Shown in pieces: positions 23,685 through 33,393 of a stretch of DNA of 43,180 bases. The notes beneath the pieces were generated by a model, which saw only the letters and a program-made list of their open reading frames with translations, searched no databases and was not told where the DNA came from. The translations under genes and the position numbers were made by a program. Source of the DNA: a virus; IMG/VR virus record IMGVR_UViG_3300045591_000031. One strand, given 5' to 3'. Position 1 is the first letter of the stretch. Each line of letters begins with the position of its first letter.

Positions 23685-25049
23685 TCAGGATGCCCTCCTT
23701 GCTTTTAAGTAATTGATCAGTGCATCTTGCTTTACATTTTTCCCCTCCAGAGCCTGCACGACTGCCTCATCCACGGTATCCTTTGCAATCATCCGATAAA
23801 TCAGGACCGGCATCTTTTGCCCCTGACGATACAGCCTCGCGTTAGCCTGCTGATATAGCTCCAGGCTCCAGGTAAGCCCGAACCACACAATGATATGCCC
23901 GCCGTCCTGAAGATTCAGGCCGTGACCGATTGACGCAGGATGCGCAATCAGAAGTTTAATCTTCCCATCGTTCCAATCTTGGATATCTTTCTGGCTGTTG
24001 ATCGTCCGTGGGCCATAGCTTTTAAACTTTTCCTTCAGTCTCGCCATGTCATGTCGGTAGCTGACGAACACCAGCACCGGATCGCCCTGTGCAGCTTCCA
24101 GAATCTCGGACAACGCCTCGATCTTTGCGTCATGCAGATGCGTGACGTTTCCGTCGTCATCATAGACAGCGCCGTTGGACAGCTGCAGAAGCTTTCCCGT
24201 GACGGTCGCCGCCTGGAAGGCTGAGATCTCGGAGCCGTCAAGTTCCAGAATCTTGTCTCGTTCCATCTGCTTATAGCTTTTCATGGCGTCGTCTGGAAGT
24301 GTGATCGGAAGATCGATCACACGCTTATCCGGAAGATCCAGATAGTCACTGGTCTTCATGCTGACGCAGATGTCGGAAAGCTTTTTCTGGATCTCTTCCG
24401 CAGCTCCCGGAAGAAGCGACCAGTCATAGACGACGTAACCGTTATGCCGTCCCGGGCGGAAGTACTGACTCCGGTAAGAGGTAATCGTCTTTCCAAGTCT
24501 CTTCCCTCGATCCAGGAGATAAACTTCAGGCCACAGATCCATATAACCATTAGGCGCGGGCGTCCCTGTCAAACCCACTACTCTTTTGATCAGAGGCCGG
24601 ACCGCTCGAAGCGCCCGGAAGCGCTTTGCTCTTGGGTTCTTGAAGCTGGAGAGCTCATCGATCACCAGCATGTCGAACGGCCAGCCCATGTGCTCATCGC
24701 TCAGGTAATGCACCAGCCAGTCGACATTTTCACGGTTGATCACGTAAATGTCCGCGTCATGCTTCAGCGCAGCCTTGCGCTCTTTCGCAGGACCAAGGAT
24801 CCGCTGAACCTTCAGGTCCTTTAAATGGTCCCATTTATCTTTTTCTCGGGTCCAGGTATCCAGGGCCACACGAAGCGGTGCCACAACCAGGACTCTGCTG
24901 ATCTCAAAGGTCTCATACATCAGCTTCTTTATGGCTGTGAGTGTGCAGACCGTTTTTCCAAGGCCCATGCCAAGCAGCAGGCCGCAGTACGGCTTTTCCA
25001 GGATAGTGTCAATCGCATACTGCTGATACGGATACGGCTTAAACTCCAT
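23685..25049 (-). CDS. SNF2-family DEAD/DEAH helicase (454 aa)
   Basis: Motif I GLLLGMGLGKT, motif II LVIDELSSFKN, motif V IAHPASIGHGLNLQ, motif VI QANARLYRQGQ. Confidence 0.9.
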   Translation of the reverse strand: MEFKPYPYQQYAIDTILEKPYCGLLLGMGLGKTVCTLTAIKKLMYETFEISRVLVVAPLRVALDTWTREKDKWDHLKDLKVQRILGPAKERKAALKHDADIYVINRENVDWLVHYLSDEHMGWPFDMLVIDELSSFKNPRAKRFRALRAVRPLIKRVVGLTGTPAPNGYMDLWPEVYLLDRGKRLGKTITSYRSQYFRPGRHNGYVVYDWSLLPGAAEEIQKKLSDICVSMKTSDYLDLPDKRVIDLPITLPDDAMKSYKQMERDKILELDGSEISAFQAATVTGKLLQLSNGAVYDDDGNVTHLHDAKIEALSEILEAAQGDPVLVFVSYRHDMARLKEKFKSYGPRTINSQKDIQDWNDGKIKLLIAHPASIGHGLNLQDGGHIIVWFGLTWSLELYQQANARLYRQGQKMPVLIYRMIAKDTVDEAVVQALEGKNVKQDALINYLKARRAS

Positions 25050-25422
25050 GACCTTCTCCTCTCAGATCCGCGGTCAGAATATTGACGAGGTTCTGAGCCC
25101 CGTCCATGCCGTAAACCACAAAGACCTTTGCTTTACATTTCTCCAGTCGGCAGCCCTGCCTGATCTGCTGGGGCGACAGCCTGCCGTGTTCATCTTTCAA
25201 TTCCACGAACCAGACTCTTCCGTCCGGAAGAACCAGAAGTCTGTCCGGCACACCCGCGTTTCCCGGTGATGTGAACTTATAATAAAGGCATCCGAGTCGT
25301 CTGACTTTATTTCCGAGCCACTGCTCAACATAACCTTCCTCTCTCAACTTAAAGCACTCCTTTCTCAGGCCTTTCTTTCCTGTGCAACCCTGAAACCAGA
25401 CACTGCTCAAAACTATATACAC
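25039..25422 (-). CDS. VRR-NUC domain nuclease (start uncertain; the GTG at 25422 in the ORF track is probably too far upstream, a TTG at 25347 is plausible)
   Basis: PD-(D/E)xK-type core GVPDRLLVLPDGRVWFVELKDEHGRLSPQQ. Confidence 0.7.
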   Translation of the reverse strand: MYIVLSSVWFQGCTGKKGLRKECFKLREEGYVEQWLGNKVRRLGCLYYKFTSPGNAGVPDRLLVLPDGRVWFVELKDEHGRLSPQQIRQGCRLEKCKAKVFVVYGMDGAQNLVNILTADLRGEGHGV

Positions 25423-25679
25423 TTTTCAGTTATGTGTTGCTTTTCTTCACATAAGGCGTTTTATGTGATGGTTATGTGTATACGCGTATATATAGTGTTT
25501 TTTATATATTTATAGGTAATTTTGGTTTCACTGGTTTCAGCACCTTTCTAATGGCTAAATTTCAACGCTTTCGACTGAAACCAGAATTGCTGTGCTCTGG
25601 TTTCGCCGGTTTCGCTGGTTTCAGATGAAACCAGATTGAAACCAGATTGAAACCTACTTTTTTATTCCGCTGGTTTCAC
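25391..25679. repeat. Origin-like region: about 11 GGTTTC/GAAACC(AG) iterons in both orientations, 4 TTATGTG repeats, an AT-rich tract and a 12-bp palindrome
   Basis: GAAACCAG-type sites are at 25391, 25524, 25533, 25577, 25598, 25607, 25616, 25626, 25637, 25648 and 25670. TTATGTG occurs at 25430, 25461 and 25472, and inverted at 25448. The palindrome tatacgcgtata is at 25479-25490. An AT-rich run spans 25479-25523. Confidence 0.55.
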
Positions 25680-28169
25680 CCTCATCCAATATTTCTGGTA
25701 TCCGTATATCGGGAATCTCCGACCCTTACCTGTATTTTTCCACTCCGGAAGTTTGGAAATTATTGACGTAAGTGCATAGCTGTCTGCTCTGGTCATACGG
25801 CTCATCGGCTGCCCGAGTGCCTCTGTCCAGATTTCCTGCATGCAAACATACCGTCTTGGCGTCGTGCCTGGCAGCACTGGATCATCAATCTGGAAGTCAT
25901 CCTCGACGCTCTTTCCCTCCTCTTTTTCAAAGGCATCCAGGATGTCATCATCCAGGTGGTCTTCGATGTACTCAAGTCTTCGGTCCAGATCATAGGTGTC
26001 CCAGTCTGTCGGAAGATCCATATCTAAGTACGCACGGATTCTTCCTTCTCTCGGGTCAAATTCAACGGAGTCTTTCTGCATCTGCACTGCCGTTTCTGCG
26101 TCATCTCCGGTCAGGATCAGTTCCTCGTCCTTTTCGAGGATCAGGACCTCCGCCCAGATCTGATCGATCTCTTCCTGAGCGATCTTGTATGGCGGGTAAT
26201 CCTGATTTCCGTAAACCCTCACCGGCCAGAATCTTCTTCCTCCGGTGATATCCCGGAGGAATCCGTCCTCGGCATTCGTTGTGCCGATGAAGATGCACTG
26301 CCTTGGATGGCTCTCCACTCGCTTTCCATAACTTGCGCGGTACTTGTCATCCGTGCGGCTTAGGAATGATTTCAGCGTTTCCACGTCCATTTTCCGCATG
26401 CCGGAAAGCTCTGGTATTTCGATAATCCATTCGCCCTGCAGCTTTTCTGCTGCTGTTTTATCCCTGGTATCCGCCAAGCTCAGGTTGTCTGTGAACCACT
26501 CGCCGCCGAGCTTGGCGGCTATAGTGCTCTTTCCGATGCCCTGCGGGCCTACCAGTACAAGCGTATAATCAAACTTGACTCCCGGGTGATATATCCTTCG
26601 CACTGCGGCGCAGAGCGTCTTCCTCGTGACAGCCCTTGTGTAGCTGCTGTCCTCTGCCCCTAAATACTTGATCAGGAGCGTCTCAACTCTCGGTACGCCA
26701 TCCCACTTTGGCAGGTGCTTCAGGTACTCCTTGACCGGATGGAATTTCTGGCTGTCCGTGCAGTCTGTAAGGGCTGTGCTGACTTTTGTGTGCGCAAACT
26801 CCGCATAGTTCTTGGCCATGTAGACCTCAAGATGCGCGTCGTCTGCGTCTCTCCAGTACTGATCGTGCTCCCAGGGTACTTCTCCGGTGATTTCGATCTG
26901 CCCCCGGAAGGCGTTGTATCGGATTGACCGGAAGATCGGGTCATTGCTCATGATGATCTTGGCATTGTTCAGCGTCGGCTGAACTCCTGCCTTGCCCTGT
27001 GAGAGCTTGCGCGTCCATGAGCGGTCCTCTTCATCTTTCTCCTTCAGCTCTTCGCTAAAGTCTTCATTGATTTCTTCCTGCCGGTCTTTGATCCTCTGCA
27101 TTTTGCATCTGTCATCGTTATAGCAGAATTCTGTCATCGCTTTAAAACTCGGAAGCTCTCTCGGATCCGTGTCGTCCAGGATGACTTTGTTTTTATCCTT
27201 GTCTCCAAAGAGATGGATCCTCACCAGATCAAAGGCGTTGCAGTCCTGCCCGCTCGCGGGGTCTGTCCCATGATTGGAGTAGGCAAACTTGTCATCGTAG
27301 ATAACCAGTCCCGCGGTAGTTGATCCGGGGATATATGTCCAGCGATCATCCTTTCCAGTTGGCGCATACACCTCGGGGAGATGGGTTTCAATTGCTTCCT
27401 GGATTGGGTAATACGCCCGGCAGAACGCTCCGACGATTCCTTTTTTAAGGAGCGGATCACTCTGCTTTTCCCCAATCTTATGCGACCGCTTTTTCGCTGT
27501 CCTCTCTGACTCCGGCCAAAAGGATTCGTCCTTCCAGTCTTCGTAGAGGACAAGTACACTGTCCGCATTAAGAAACGGAGCATCTGTGTATTCAAACGCA
27601 TAGGGCGCGTCTGCCGGATGCGAGGGCCAGTACATAAGACGATTGGTCTCATAGGTCGTATCATCAAATTCTTCGATGCCGATCTGCTCTGCTACCTTGC
27701 GGCTGATTGCCCCGTACTCATCCGGGGTGACGTCTCTGTCAAGCGGGATCAGCAGGCGGTATCTTTGATGATCCGGGCGATGGCTGTGTGTGCTGTAGAC
27801 GCACCAGGCAAAGTCACTGGTCATCCGGATATCGTCCAGGAAGGACTCTGACGGATAGTCCGCATCCAGAGTCAGAATGCTGCGCACTCCGACTCTTTCG
27901 ATCTTGCGTCTTCCGCCTTTGAGTGATCCTCCGACGAATCCGCCGATGTCCTTGGTGTTGTCTTTCTGGGCCTTATTAAAGGCACTGTACTCCGCCATGC
28001 TCTCCGGCGTTACTGTAGGAGATTCGAGCTTCTTGACCAGCTCGCTCCAGTAGACTTCCTTGTTCTTCCAGACCTTGGAGTTACAGCTCTGCCCCACTGC
28101 GATGCTGATCTTTCGGTCATGCTTTAACCGGATCCTGTGATCATCTAAGTTAACGACATTCTCATTCAA
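25662..28169 (-). CDS. DNA primase/helicase: N-terminal primase-like domain plus VirE/D5-type P-loop NTPase (835 aa)
   Basis: Walker A LVGPQGIGKST. A VirE-like region (KFDYTLVLVG..., FIGTTNAEDGFLRDITGGRRFWPV). Position next to the polymerase gene. Confidence 0.8.
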   Translation of the reverse strand: MNENVVNLDDHRIRLKHDRKISIAVGQSCNSKVWKNKEVYWSELVKKLESPTVTPESMAEYSAFNKAQKDNTKDIGGFVGGSLKGGRRKIERVGVRSILTLDADYPSESFLDDIRMTSDFAWCVYSTHSHRPDHQRYRLLIPLDRDVTPDEYGAISRKVAEQIGIEEFDDTTYETNRLMYWPSHPADAPYAFEYTDAPFLNADSVLVLYEDWKDESFWPESERTAKKRSHKIGEKQSDPLLKKGIVGAFCRAYYPIQEAIETHLPEVYAPTGKDDRWTYIPGSTTAGLVIYDDKFAYSNHGTDPASGQDCNAFDLVRIHLFGDKDKNKVILDDTDPRELPSFKAMTEFCYNDDRCKMQRIKDRQEEINEDFSEELKEKDEEDRSWTRKLSQGKAGVQPTLNNAKIIMSNDPIFRSIRYNAFRGQIEITGEVPWEHDQYWRDADDAHLEVYMAKNYAEFAHTKVSTALTDCTDSQKFHPVKEYLKHLPKWDGVPRVETLLIKYLGAEDSSYTRAVTRKTLCAAVRRIYHPGVKFDYTLVLVGPQGIGKSTIAAKLGGEWFTDNLSLADTRDKTAAEKLQGEWIIEIPELSGMRKMDVETLKSFLSRTDDKYRASYGKRVESHPRQCIFIGTTNAEDGFLRDITGGRRFWPVRVYGNQDYPPYKIAQEEIDQIWAEVLILEKDEELILTGDDAETAVQMQKDSVEFDPREGRIRAYLDMDLPTDWDTYDLDRRLEYIEDHLDDDILDAFEKEEGKSVEDDFQIDDPVLPGTTPRRYVCMQEIWTEALGQPMSRMTRADSYALTSIISKLPEWKNTGKGRRFPIYGYQKYWMRVKPAE

Positions 28170-28187
28170 GCTCTTCCCTCCTTTCCT

Positions 28188-30164
28188 TTAGTCTTTTTTG
28201 TAATAATCTGTGACATAGCCGTCTCCTTTAAGCGGCAGTCCAGGCGCCCAGGGAATTGGCTGCGCCATGATAGCATTGACCTTTCCCAGCGCGTCCTTGT
28301 CTTCTTTCGGGCAGTCAATGATCATCTCATCATGGATATGCATGACAATGTCATATCCCGCCTCCGTTACCCGCAGCATGGTGAGCCCCAGACAGTCCCG
28401 GGCAAAAGCCTGCGTGATGTTCTCTACGAGCTTTCCTCCGTAAGTTTCTAAGTCCTGCCATTTGCGTGTTGTCTGATTCTGGCCTTTGTAGATCAGGTTT
28501 CCAGCCTTGTCGCCCGGCCGTGGGTCTATGTAAAAAAGTCTGCGTCCGCTTGGCAGTTTGATGGAGAGGAAGCTGATAACATCATCCACAGTCTTGCAGT
28601 CAAAGCGAAGTGCGGACCTGCCATGCGCCAGGGGAAGCACTTGACTTCTTCCTGTCCTTACGCTCTTCAGCGCGGCGGTCTCAACGTCTTTCCAGAGTTT
28701 CAGTGTTCTCGGGCGGGACTTTCGCCAGCGGTCCAGTATGGATGGGAGCTCGTCCTCAGAGAGCCCCATCTTAAGGGCACCCATGTTGATCAGAGCACCG
28801 ACTCCCCCCTGATAGCCACATGCCAGCGTAGTAACCTTCCCTTTCTGTCTTAACTCGCCGTTGATTCCGTGCTTTACCACGGGCACTCCAAACATTTGAC
28901 TGGCCGTCGCGCAGTAGATGTCTCCGCCACTGCGGAATACATCCAGTACCCAGTCCTCTCCTGCGAGCCAGGCAAGTACGCGGGCCTCGATTGCGGAGAA
29001 GTCAGAGACCACGAAGGTCCTTCCTTCCGAAGGGATAAAGGCCGTGCGCACCAGCTGACTCATTGTGTCCGGTACGGATCCATAGAGCATATCGATCATC
29101 TCCGTGTCGCCTTCCTTGGCAAGCTGGCGGGCGACGTCCAGATCAGGGATGTGGTTCTGCGGAAGGTTCTGCAGCTGCAGCCCCCTGCCTGCCCATCGTC
29201 CGGATCTGCTTGCTCCGTAGAACTGGAAGCATCCTTTTGCCCGGTCATCAGAGCAGGCCATGTCGAGCATTTTCTGGTATTTTTTCACCGACGTCTTAGA
29301 CATCTTCTGCTTCAGCTTTAGCGCTTCCCGGATGTCAGGATCTCTGCAGGTATTCAGGTACTCTTCGATGTGCGCCTTGTCCAGGGATTCTGTTGGGAAA
29401 CCTTTTTCCGCCATCCATCCTTTAAGTTGTGGGACTGATTTCGGATTCTGCAGTCCAGTCAGGGCCTTTGCTTTCTGCAGCACCTGCTTCTGATACTCGG
29501 TGTCTTTCTCCACTATGGTCTTTGCCATCGGAAGATCCAGCCGGACTCCCCGGTCATTGATTCTCTGGTCAAGTGCCCAGAGCTTTTTTTCATCGTCCGG
29601 GATCCTGCAGTAGCTGAGTTTCTTCCGGATCGCTTGCTCTGTAACCACATCCCTTCTGTTATACTCGATGAACTCCGCCCATTTTTCAGGGTCAGTCTCT
29701 TTGGTGTTCTGCGACCTCATGCCGTTTGCTTTTGTTCTTCGGCATGGCTGGCAGAAATACCGGATCAGAGCTTTTCCTGTTTTAAGCTTCTGCTCATCTT
29801 CCGGCAGGCCGATGGCGGATCCTACCGCGTCAAGAGACCGCGGGAAGCCAAGATACAGCGCCCTGATCATAGTGTCGTCCCACTCTTCCGGCGGGCAGTA
29901 GCGCCCGAAGTATTGAGCGAGACAGGTCCTTTCGAAGTTAGCGTTATATGCAGTCTTCAGGACTCCTGGATCGTAGAGCATCTTTTCAAATTCTGAAGTA
30001 TCTGCATCGGGCTCGGTTAGATCGATGACGGAGACATCTCCGCCATCAATGCTGTAACCGATCAGGAGGATCGTAAATGCCGGATCCTCTGCATACTTAT
30101 AGACTCCGACGTCTGCGAGTTTTGCCGCGCTGAAGGTCTCGATATCGATTCCTAAAGTCGTCAT
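28188..30164 (-). CDS. Family A DNA polymerase with 3'-5' exonuclease domain (658 aa)
   Basis: ExoI GIDIETFS. Motif A VVSDFSAIEARVLAW. Motif B RQKGKVTTLACGYQGG. Motif C VMHIHDEMIID. Confidence 0.9.
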   Translation of the reverse strand: MTTLGIDIETFSAAKLADVGVYKYAEDPAFTILLIGYSIDGGDVSVIDLTEPDADTSEFEKMLYDPGVLKTAYNANFERTCLAQYFGRYCPPEEWDDTMIRALYLGFPRSLDAVGSAIGLPEDEQKLKTGKALIRYFCQPCRRTKANGMRSQNTKETDPEKWAEFIEYNRRDVVTEQAIRKKLSYCRIPDDEKKLWALDQRINDRGVRLDLPMAKTIVEKDTEYQKQVLQKAKALTGLQNPKSVPQLKGWMAEKGFPTESLDKAHIEEYLNTCRDPDIREALKLKQKMSKTSVKKYQKMLDMACSDDRAKGCFQFYGASRSGRWAGRGLQLQNLPQNHIPDLDVARQLAKEGDTEMIDMLYGSVPDTMSQLVRTAFIPSEGRTFVVSDFSAIEARVLAWLAGEDWVLDVFRSGGDIYCATASQMFGVPVVKHGINGELRQKGKVTTLACGYQGGVGALINMGALKMGLSEDELPSILDRWRKSRPRTLKLWKDVETAALKSVRTGRSQVLPLAHGRSALRFDCKTVDDVISFLSIKLPSGRRLFYIDPRPGDKAGNLIYKGQNQTTRKWQDLETYGGKLVENITQAFARDCLGLTMLRVTEAGYDIVMHIHDEMIIDCPKEDKDALGKVNAIMAQPIPWAPGLPLKGDGYVTDYYKKD

Positions 30165-30174
30165 ACCTTACTCC

Positions 30175-30750
30175 TTAAAATGGTGAGTCAATGCTGAAAT
30201 CATCGTCTTCCGAGAACTCAAAATCGTCATTGAAGTCATCCTCTGCGGAAGCGGCTGCACCGCCAAGGCGCTGATCATCTTTCAGCTTCTGGACGTTGTT
30301 CAGCCCGACCGCGACACCCTTGTTTCCGTTTACGGAGTACGGGTAGAAGTTTACGCTGACTCTTCCCCAGCATCCGGAGTACACCTCATCAGGATCCAGA
30401 ATTTCGTTGCAGTCCTTGTCCACGATGCCCGGCTTTCTGTCGCTCTTGCAGTTGAAGAAGTACATCCCCTTGTACTCTGGCGCTTCGTCTGCTCTTTCTT
30501 CGTCACCATCACGCAGAGGCATGTGCAGGTTCGAGGGCTTTTTACCGTTGAACTTTGTGCTGATTCCTTCCTCCGCAGCGGATTTCATCGCCGCCTGAAT
30601 TTTTTTCAGCGTCTTTGTGTCCTTTTTAGGAACCAGTACGCAGAGGCTGTACTTCGCGTCTGTTCCTTCTGTGAAGCTTCTCTTGCTGAAAATCTGTACA
30701 TAACTGAGTCTTACAAGTCCAGTTACTACTTTTGTTGTTGCGTCTGCCAT
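30175..30750 (-). CDS. DUF2815-family (phage SSB-like) protein (191 aa)
   Basis: The N-terminal pattern VVTGLVRLSYVQIFS...KYSLCVLVPKKD, an acidic C-terminal tail, and conserved synteny DUF2800-DUF2815-PolA. Confidence 0.6.
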   Translation of the reverse strand: MADATTKVVTGLVRLSYVQIFSKRSFTEGTDAKYSLCVLVPKKDTKTLKKIQAAMKSAAEEGISTKFNGKKPSNLHMPLRDGDEERADEAPEYKGMYFFNCKSDRKPGIVDKDCNEILDPDEVYSGCWGRVSVNFYPYSVNGNKGVAVGLNNVQKLKDDQRLGGAAASAEDDFNDDFEFSEDDDFSIDSPF

Positions 30751-30752
30751 AA

Positions 30753-31922
30753 TTAATCCTCCTTAAAATCTTCTGCTGCTTCTTTATTCTTATTAAGAGC
30801 CGGGCGCTTGTCGCTTTCCGGGACCAGCACCGGCTTCCCCTCTGGTTTATCAATGTAATTTCCGATCAGCTCCTCAAACTTTTTCTTTCCGAGGAGCTTC
30901 TGCATTGCGGTTACACCGAGGAGTTTCTTTTTATAGATCTCTTCTTCCGTGTAACCCTCCGCTGTCAGGACGTCCCTGATCTTATCCTCATCGGTATAGA
31001 CTCTGTTTGACCGGCCTTCCACCAGTTTCCATCCAGGATAGTAGACCCCATCATCCACGGCGGATTTAAGTGCATAATCTTTGACATCGCTTGCCCAGCG
31101 GACAAGCTCATCTACCTTGCCTAATACATCTGCAATCTCGTCATCCGTCAGCTGCGGCGGATCCTTAAATTCATACCGTGCGAGCTTAAGGTTTTCTTCC
31201 GCTCTTGCTCTGCAGGTCGCCTGGGCCTTACAGAAGCGGCACTGCACTTCGCCAGGATGGAATTCTCCTTTGCAGGAAAGCGCCTCTTCAGCAGCAGGCT
31301 TGACTTTTTCTTCTGCCCACTGCTTAAGCTCTCCGATTGAGAGCTCCTCCGTTGAGATGTGATCGAGTCTCGGCTGAATAATCGTCATCCGGACAGCTTT
31401 GATATCATAGAGCATGTCCCACTCGGTCACTGCTCCGATGCCGTAGAGCCTGAGCTGAGGGTTGTCTACGGCATCAATCCGGACTCCTTTTCCGTATTTA
31501 AGGTCAATGATCTGCAACACTCCGTCTGCAATGATGACCACATCGCCTGTGCCGAATCCTCCAGGCACGTACTCAGAGAAGTCGAGTCTCTGCTCAGACT
31601 CCAGAATTGCATCAGATGTATCCTTTTTAATCGCATTGAAGATCTCCCACACCTGATTTGCATAGGAGCGGATGCAGTCATCCATCTCTGTGCAGTAGTA
31701 CTGTGACTCCTTGATCGCTTTATACTTCCGGTTAAATTCAGTCTTTCGGATCGCCCCGCTGTTGTACTTGATCATGGCTTCCGCCAGGCTGTGGGCAACG
31801 GTCCCTTCCTGCGCTGCTTCTGATGATCTGTCCGGGATATCCTTTTCCAGGCTGTAACTCCCCGGACAGGCTATCCAGCGATGGGCTCCGGAAGCAGACA
31901 GTTTTGCGTGTATATCAGGCAT
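30753..31922 (-). CDS. DUF2800-family PD-(D/E)xK (Cas4-like) nuclease (389 aa)
   Basis: N-terminus KLSASGAHRWIACPGS. DVVIIADGVLQIIDLKYGKG core. Cys cluster CRFCKAQATC. Confidence 0.65.
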   Translation of the reverse strand: MPDIHAKLSASGAHRWIACPGSYSLEKDIPDRSSEAAQEGTVAHSLAEAMIKYNSGAIRKTEFNRKYKAIKESQYYCTEMDDCIRSYANQVWEIFNAIKKDTSDAILESEQRLDFSEYVPGGFGTGDVVIIADGVLQIIDLKYGKGVRIDAVDNPQLRLYGIGAVTEWDMLYDIKAVRMTIIQPRLDHISTEELSIGELKQWAEEKVKPAAEEALSCKGEFHPGEVQCRFCKAQATCRARAEENLKLARYEFKDPPQLTDDEIADVLGKVDELVRWASDVKDYALKSAVDDGVYYPGWKLVEGRSNRVYTDEDKIRDVLTAEGYTEEEIYKKKLLGVTAMQKLLGKKKFEELIGNYIDKPEGKPVLVPESDKRPALNKNKEAAEDFKED

Positions 31923-32328
31923 CGAAGACCTCCTCCGCTTTTGCGTAGAAATCAGCGTACTGCTCTTCCCTAAGATCTGTCAGGTTCTTAATTCCGAAGT
32001 CCTTGAAAAGGACCTTCATCAGATCCCTCTGCCCATCCTGCTTGGCCTTCGTCAGGCGCTTTCTGATGTCCGTGAGTTTGATCTTCTTCTCTGCCGGCTT
32101 CGCTTCAGCGATCCTGTTTTTTCTCTGCGGCGTTGAGGTAATTGCTTCTGGCACCTCTTTCAGCTCTTCCTTCTCCACTTCAACCGGCTTCTGCTTCGTT
32201 TTCACAGACTTTTCTGCTGCTTTCCGGACCTCTTCCCGGCAGGAGAAGGGATAGACAAGAGCCTGAATGAGACCCTTTGCCATTGCTTCGTCCGCCTCTG
32301 CGGCGGACATCTTGATCATTAATTCCAT
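31915..32328 (-). CDS. Hypothetical early protein (137 aa)
   Basis: Tightly packed ORF rich in Lys and Glu. No motif recognised. Confidence 0.45.
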   Translation of the reverse strand: MELMIKMSAAEADEAMAKGLIQALVYPFSCREEVRKAAEKSVKTKQKPVEVEKEELKEVPEAITSTPQRKNRIAEAKPAEKKIKLTDIRKRLTKAKQDGQRDLMKVLFKDFGIKNLTDLREEQYADFYAKAEEVFDA

Positions 32329-32339
32329 ACAATCCTCCT

Positions 32340-32615
32340 TTATGATTTTGTTTTATCGTCAAGATCAAAAGCTCTTGCGGCATTGAGCAGTTTCAGATCC
32401 TGCTCTATTGTGTTTTCGGCTCCCAGGTCCTCCAGCGTCTTCAGCTGGAAACGGATGCGGCGGAGCATTTGGTCAGAGTCCATTCCCCCGGATGTGCGGC
32501 TTATTATCCGCAGGATCAGTGCGATCTGGTCCGCAAGGGTCTCGTTGGCGCCGTCCACCGTGATTGCTGCACCAAAGCTCGGTTTCCCATAATTTTCAAA
32601 ACGTATCTTAATCAT
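32340..32615 (-). CDS. Hypothetical early protein (91 aa)
   Basis: ORF in the early operon. No motif recognised. Confidence 0.4.
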   Translation of the reverse strand: MIKIRFENYGKPSFGAAITVDGANETLADQIALILRIISRTSGGMDSDQMLRRIRFQLKTLEDLGAENTIEQDLKLLNAARAFDLDDKTKS

Positions 32616-32623
32616 TACGCCCC

Positions 32624-32884
32624 CTATCTATTGCTGATGTGTCCGTACGCATGGTGCCCGTCGATCTCCCGGACTACTTCGTGCAGAATCGCCAACAAAC
32701 TATTGCCGGTGACATTGATATGGTCCGTATGTCCACCGAAGTAATGGACCGTGACTGTTTCGATCGCCCCATACAGGTTGCTTTTTCGGTCGTATGACAG
32801 ATAATTGACATCAGCCTCCACTGCGATAACCGCCATTGTTAACGTTTTTTCAACATACTGTTTTTTCTGTTCGTAGATATCCAT
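32624..32884 (-). CDS. Hypothetical early protein (86 aa)
   Basis: ORF in the early operon. No motif recognised. Confidence 0.4.
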   Translation of the reverse strand: MDIYEQKKQYVEKTLTMAVIAVEADVNYLSYDRKSNLYGAIETVTVHYFGGHTDHINVTGNSLLAILHEVVREIDGHHAYGHISNR

Positions 32885-32988
32885 GTTTTGTCCTTTTGTG
32901 GTATACTGTGACTATCGATTCCTTTTGGCCTTATCTGGACCCTGCAATATGCAGCATGCAGCGTTCCGATAAGGCCTCTTTTACGCTC

Positions 32989-33384
32989 TCAATTGGCCTT
33001 CCTCCTTTCCTCGTCCCAGATCTTCATAATGTCGATCCCGTGCTCCCGGAGGTCTGCTTCCAGATCGGTGAGTGAGACGTATCCTTCTTCTTCGCAGCAA
33101 AGCCATTCCACAATCGCCCGGGCAATCCGTTCCTCTCGGCGAACTCCGCCAACCTCGAGCCTGTGGAAATCTTTGTAGTGGGTGATCACACAGTCCGCAG
33201 CCACGATGGATATGAGCTGCACTATGCGATATCCCGCCTCTTTGGAGATCTCCTCAACCCGTGCCATCACCTGCTTGTCCGTCTCCTCTTTGATCATTGC
33301 CTTAAGCTGGCTGACGGTCAGATTGTATGTGGCCTCTTTCTTCCTCTGCGTTTTCTCTTTCTTCTTCCTTCCTGCGATCTGCAT
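32989..33384 (-). CDS. Hypothetical early protein (131 aa)
   Basis: ORF in the early operon with a basic N-terminus. No motif recognised. Confidence 0.4.
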   Translation of the reverse strand: MQIAGRKKKEKTQRKKEATYNLTVSQLKAMIKEETDKQVMARVEEISKEAGYRIVQLISIVAADCVITHYKDFHRLEVGGVRREERIARAIVEWLCCEEEGYVSLTDLEADLREHGIDIMKIWDEERRKAN

Positions 33385-33393
33385 TTTTGCCTC

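Noticed and set aside
25524-25654. Repeat cluster as a CRISPR array
   Set aside because: The repeats are only about 8-9 bp, occur in both orientations, and have irregular short spacing with no spacer-sized unique units. This is an iteron/origin-type organisation.
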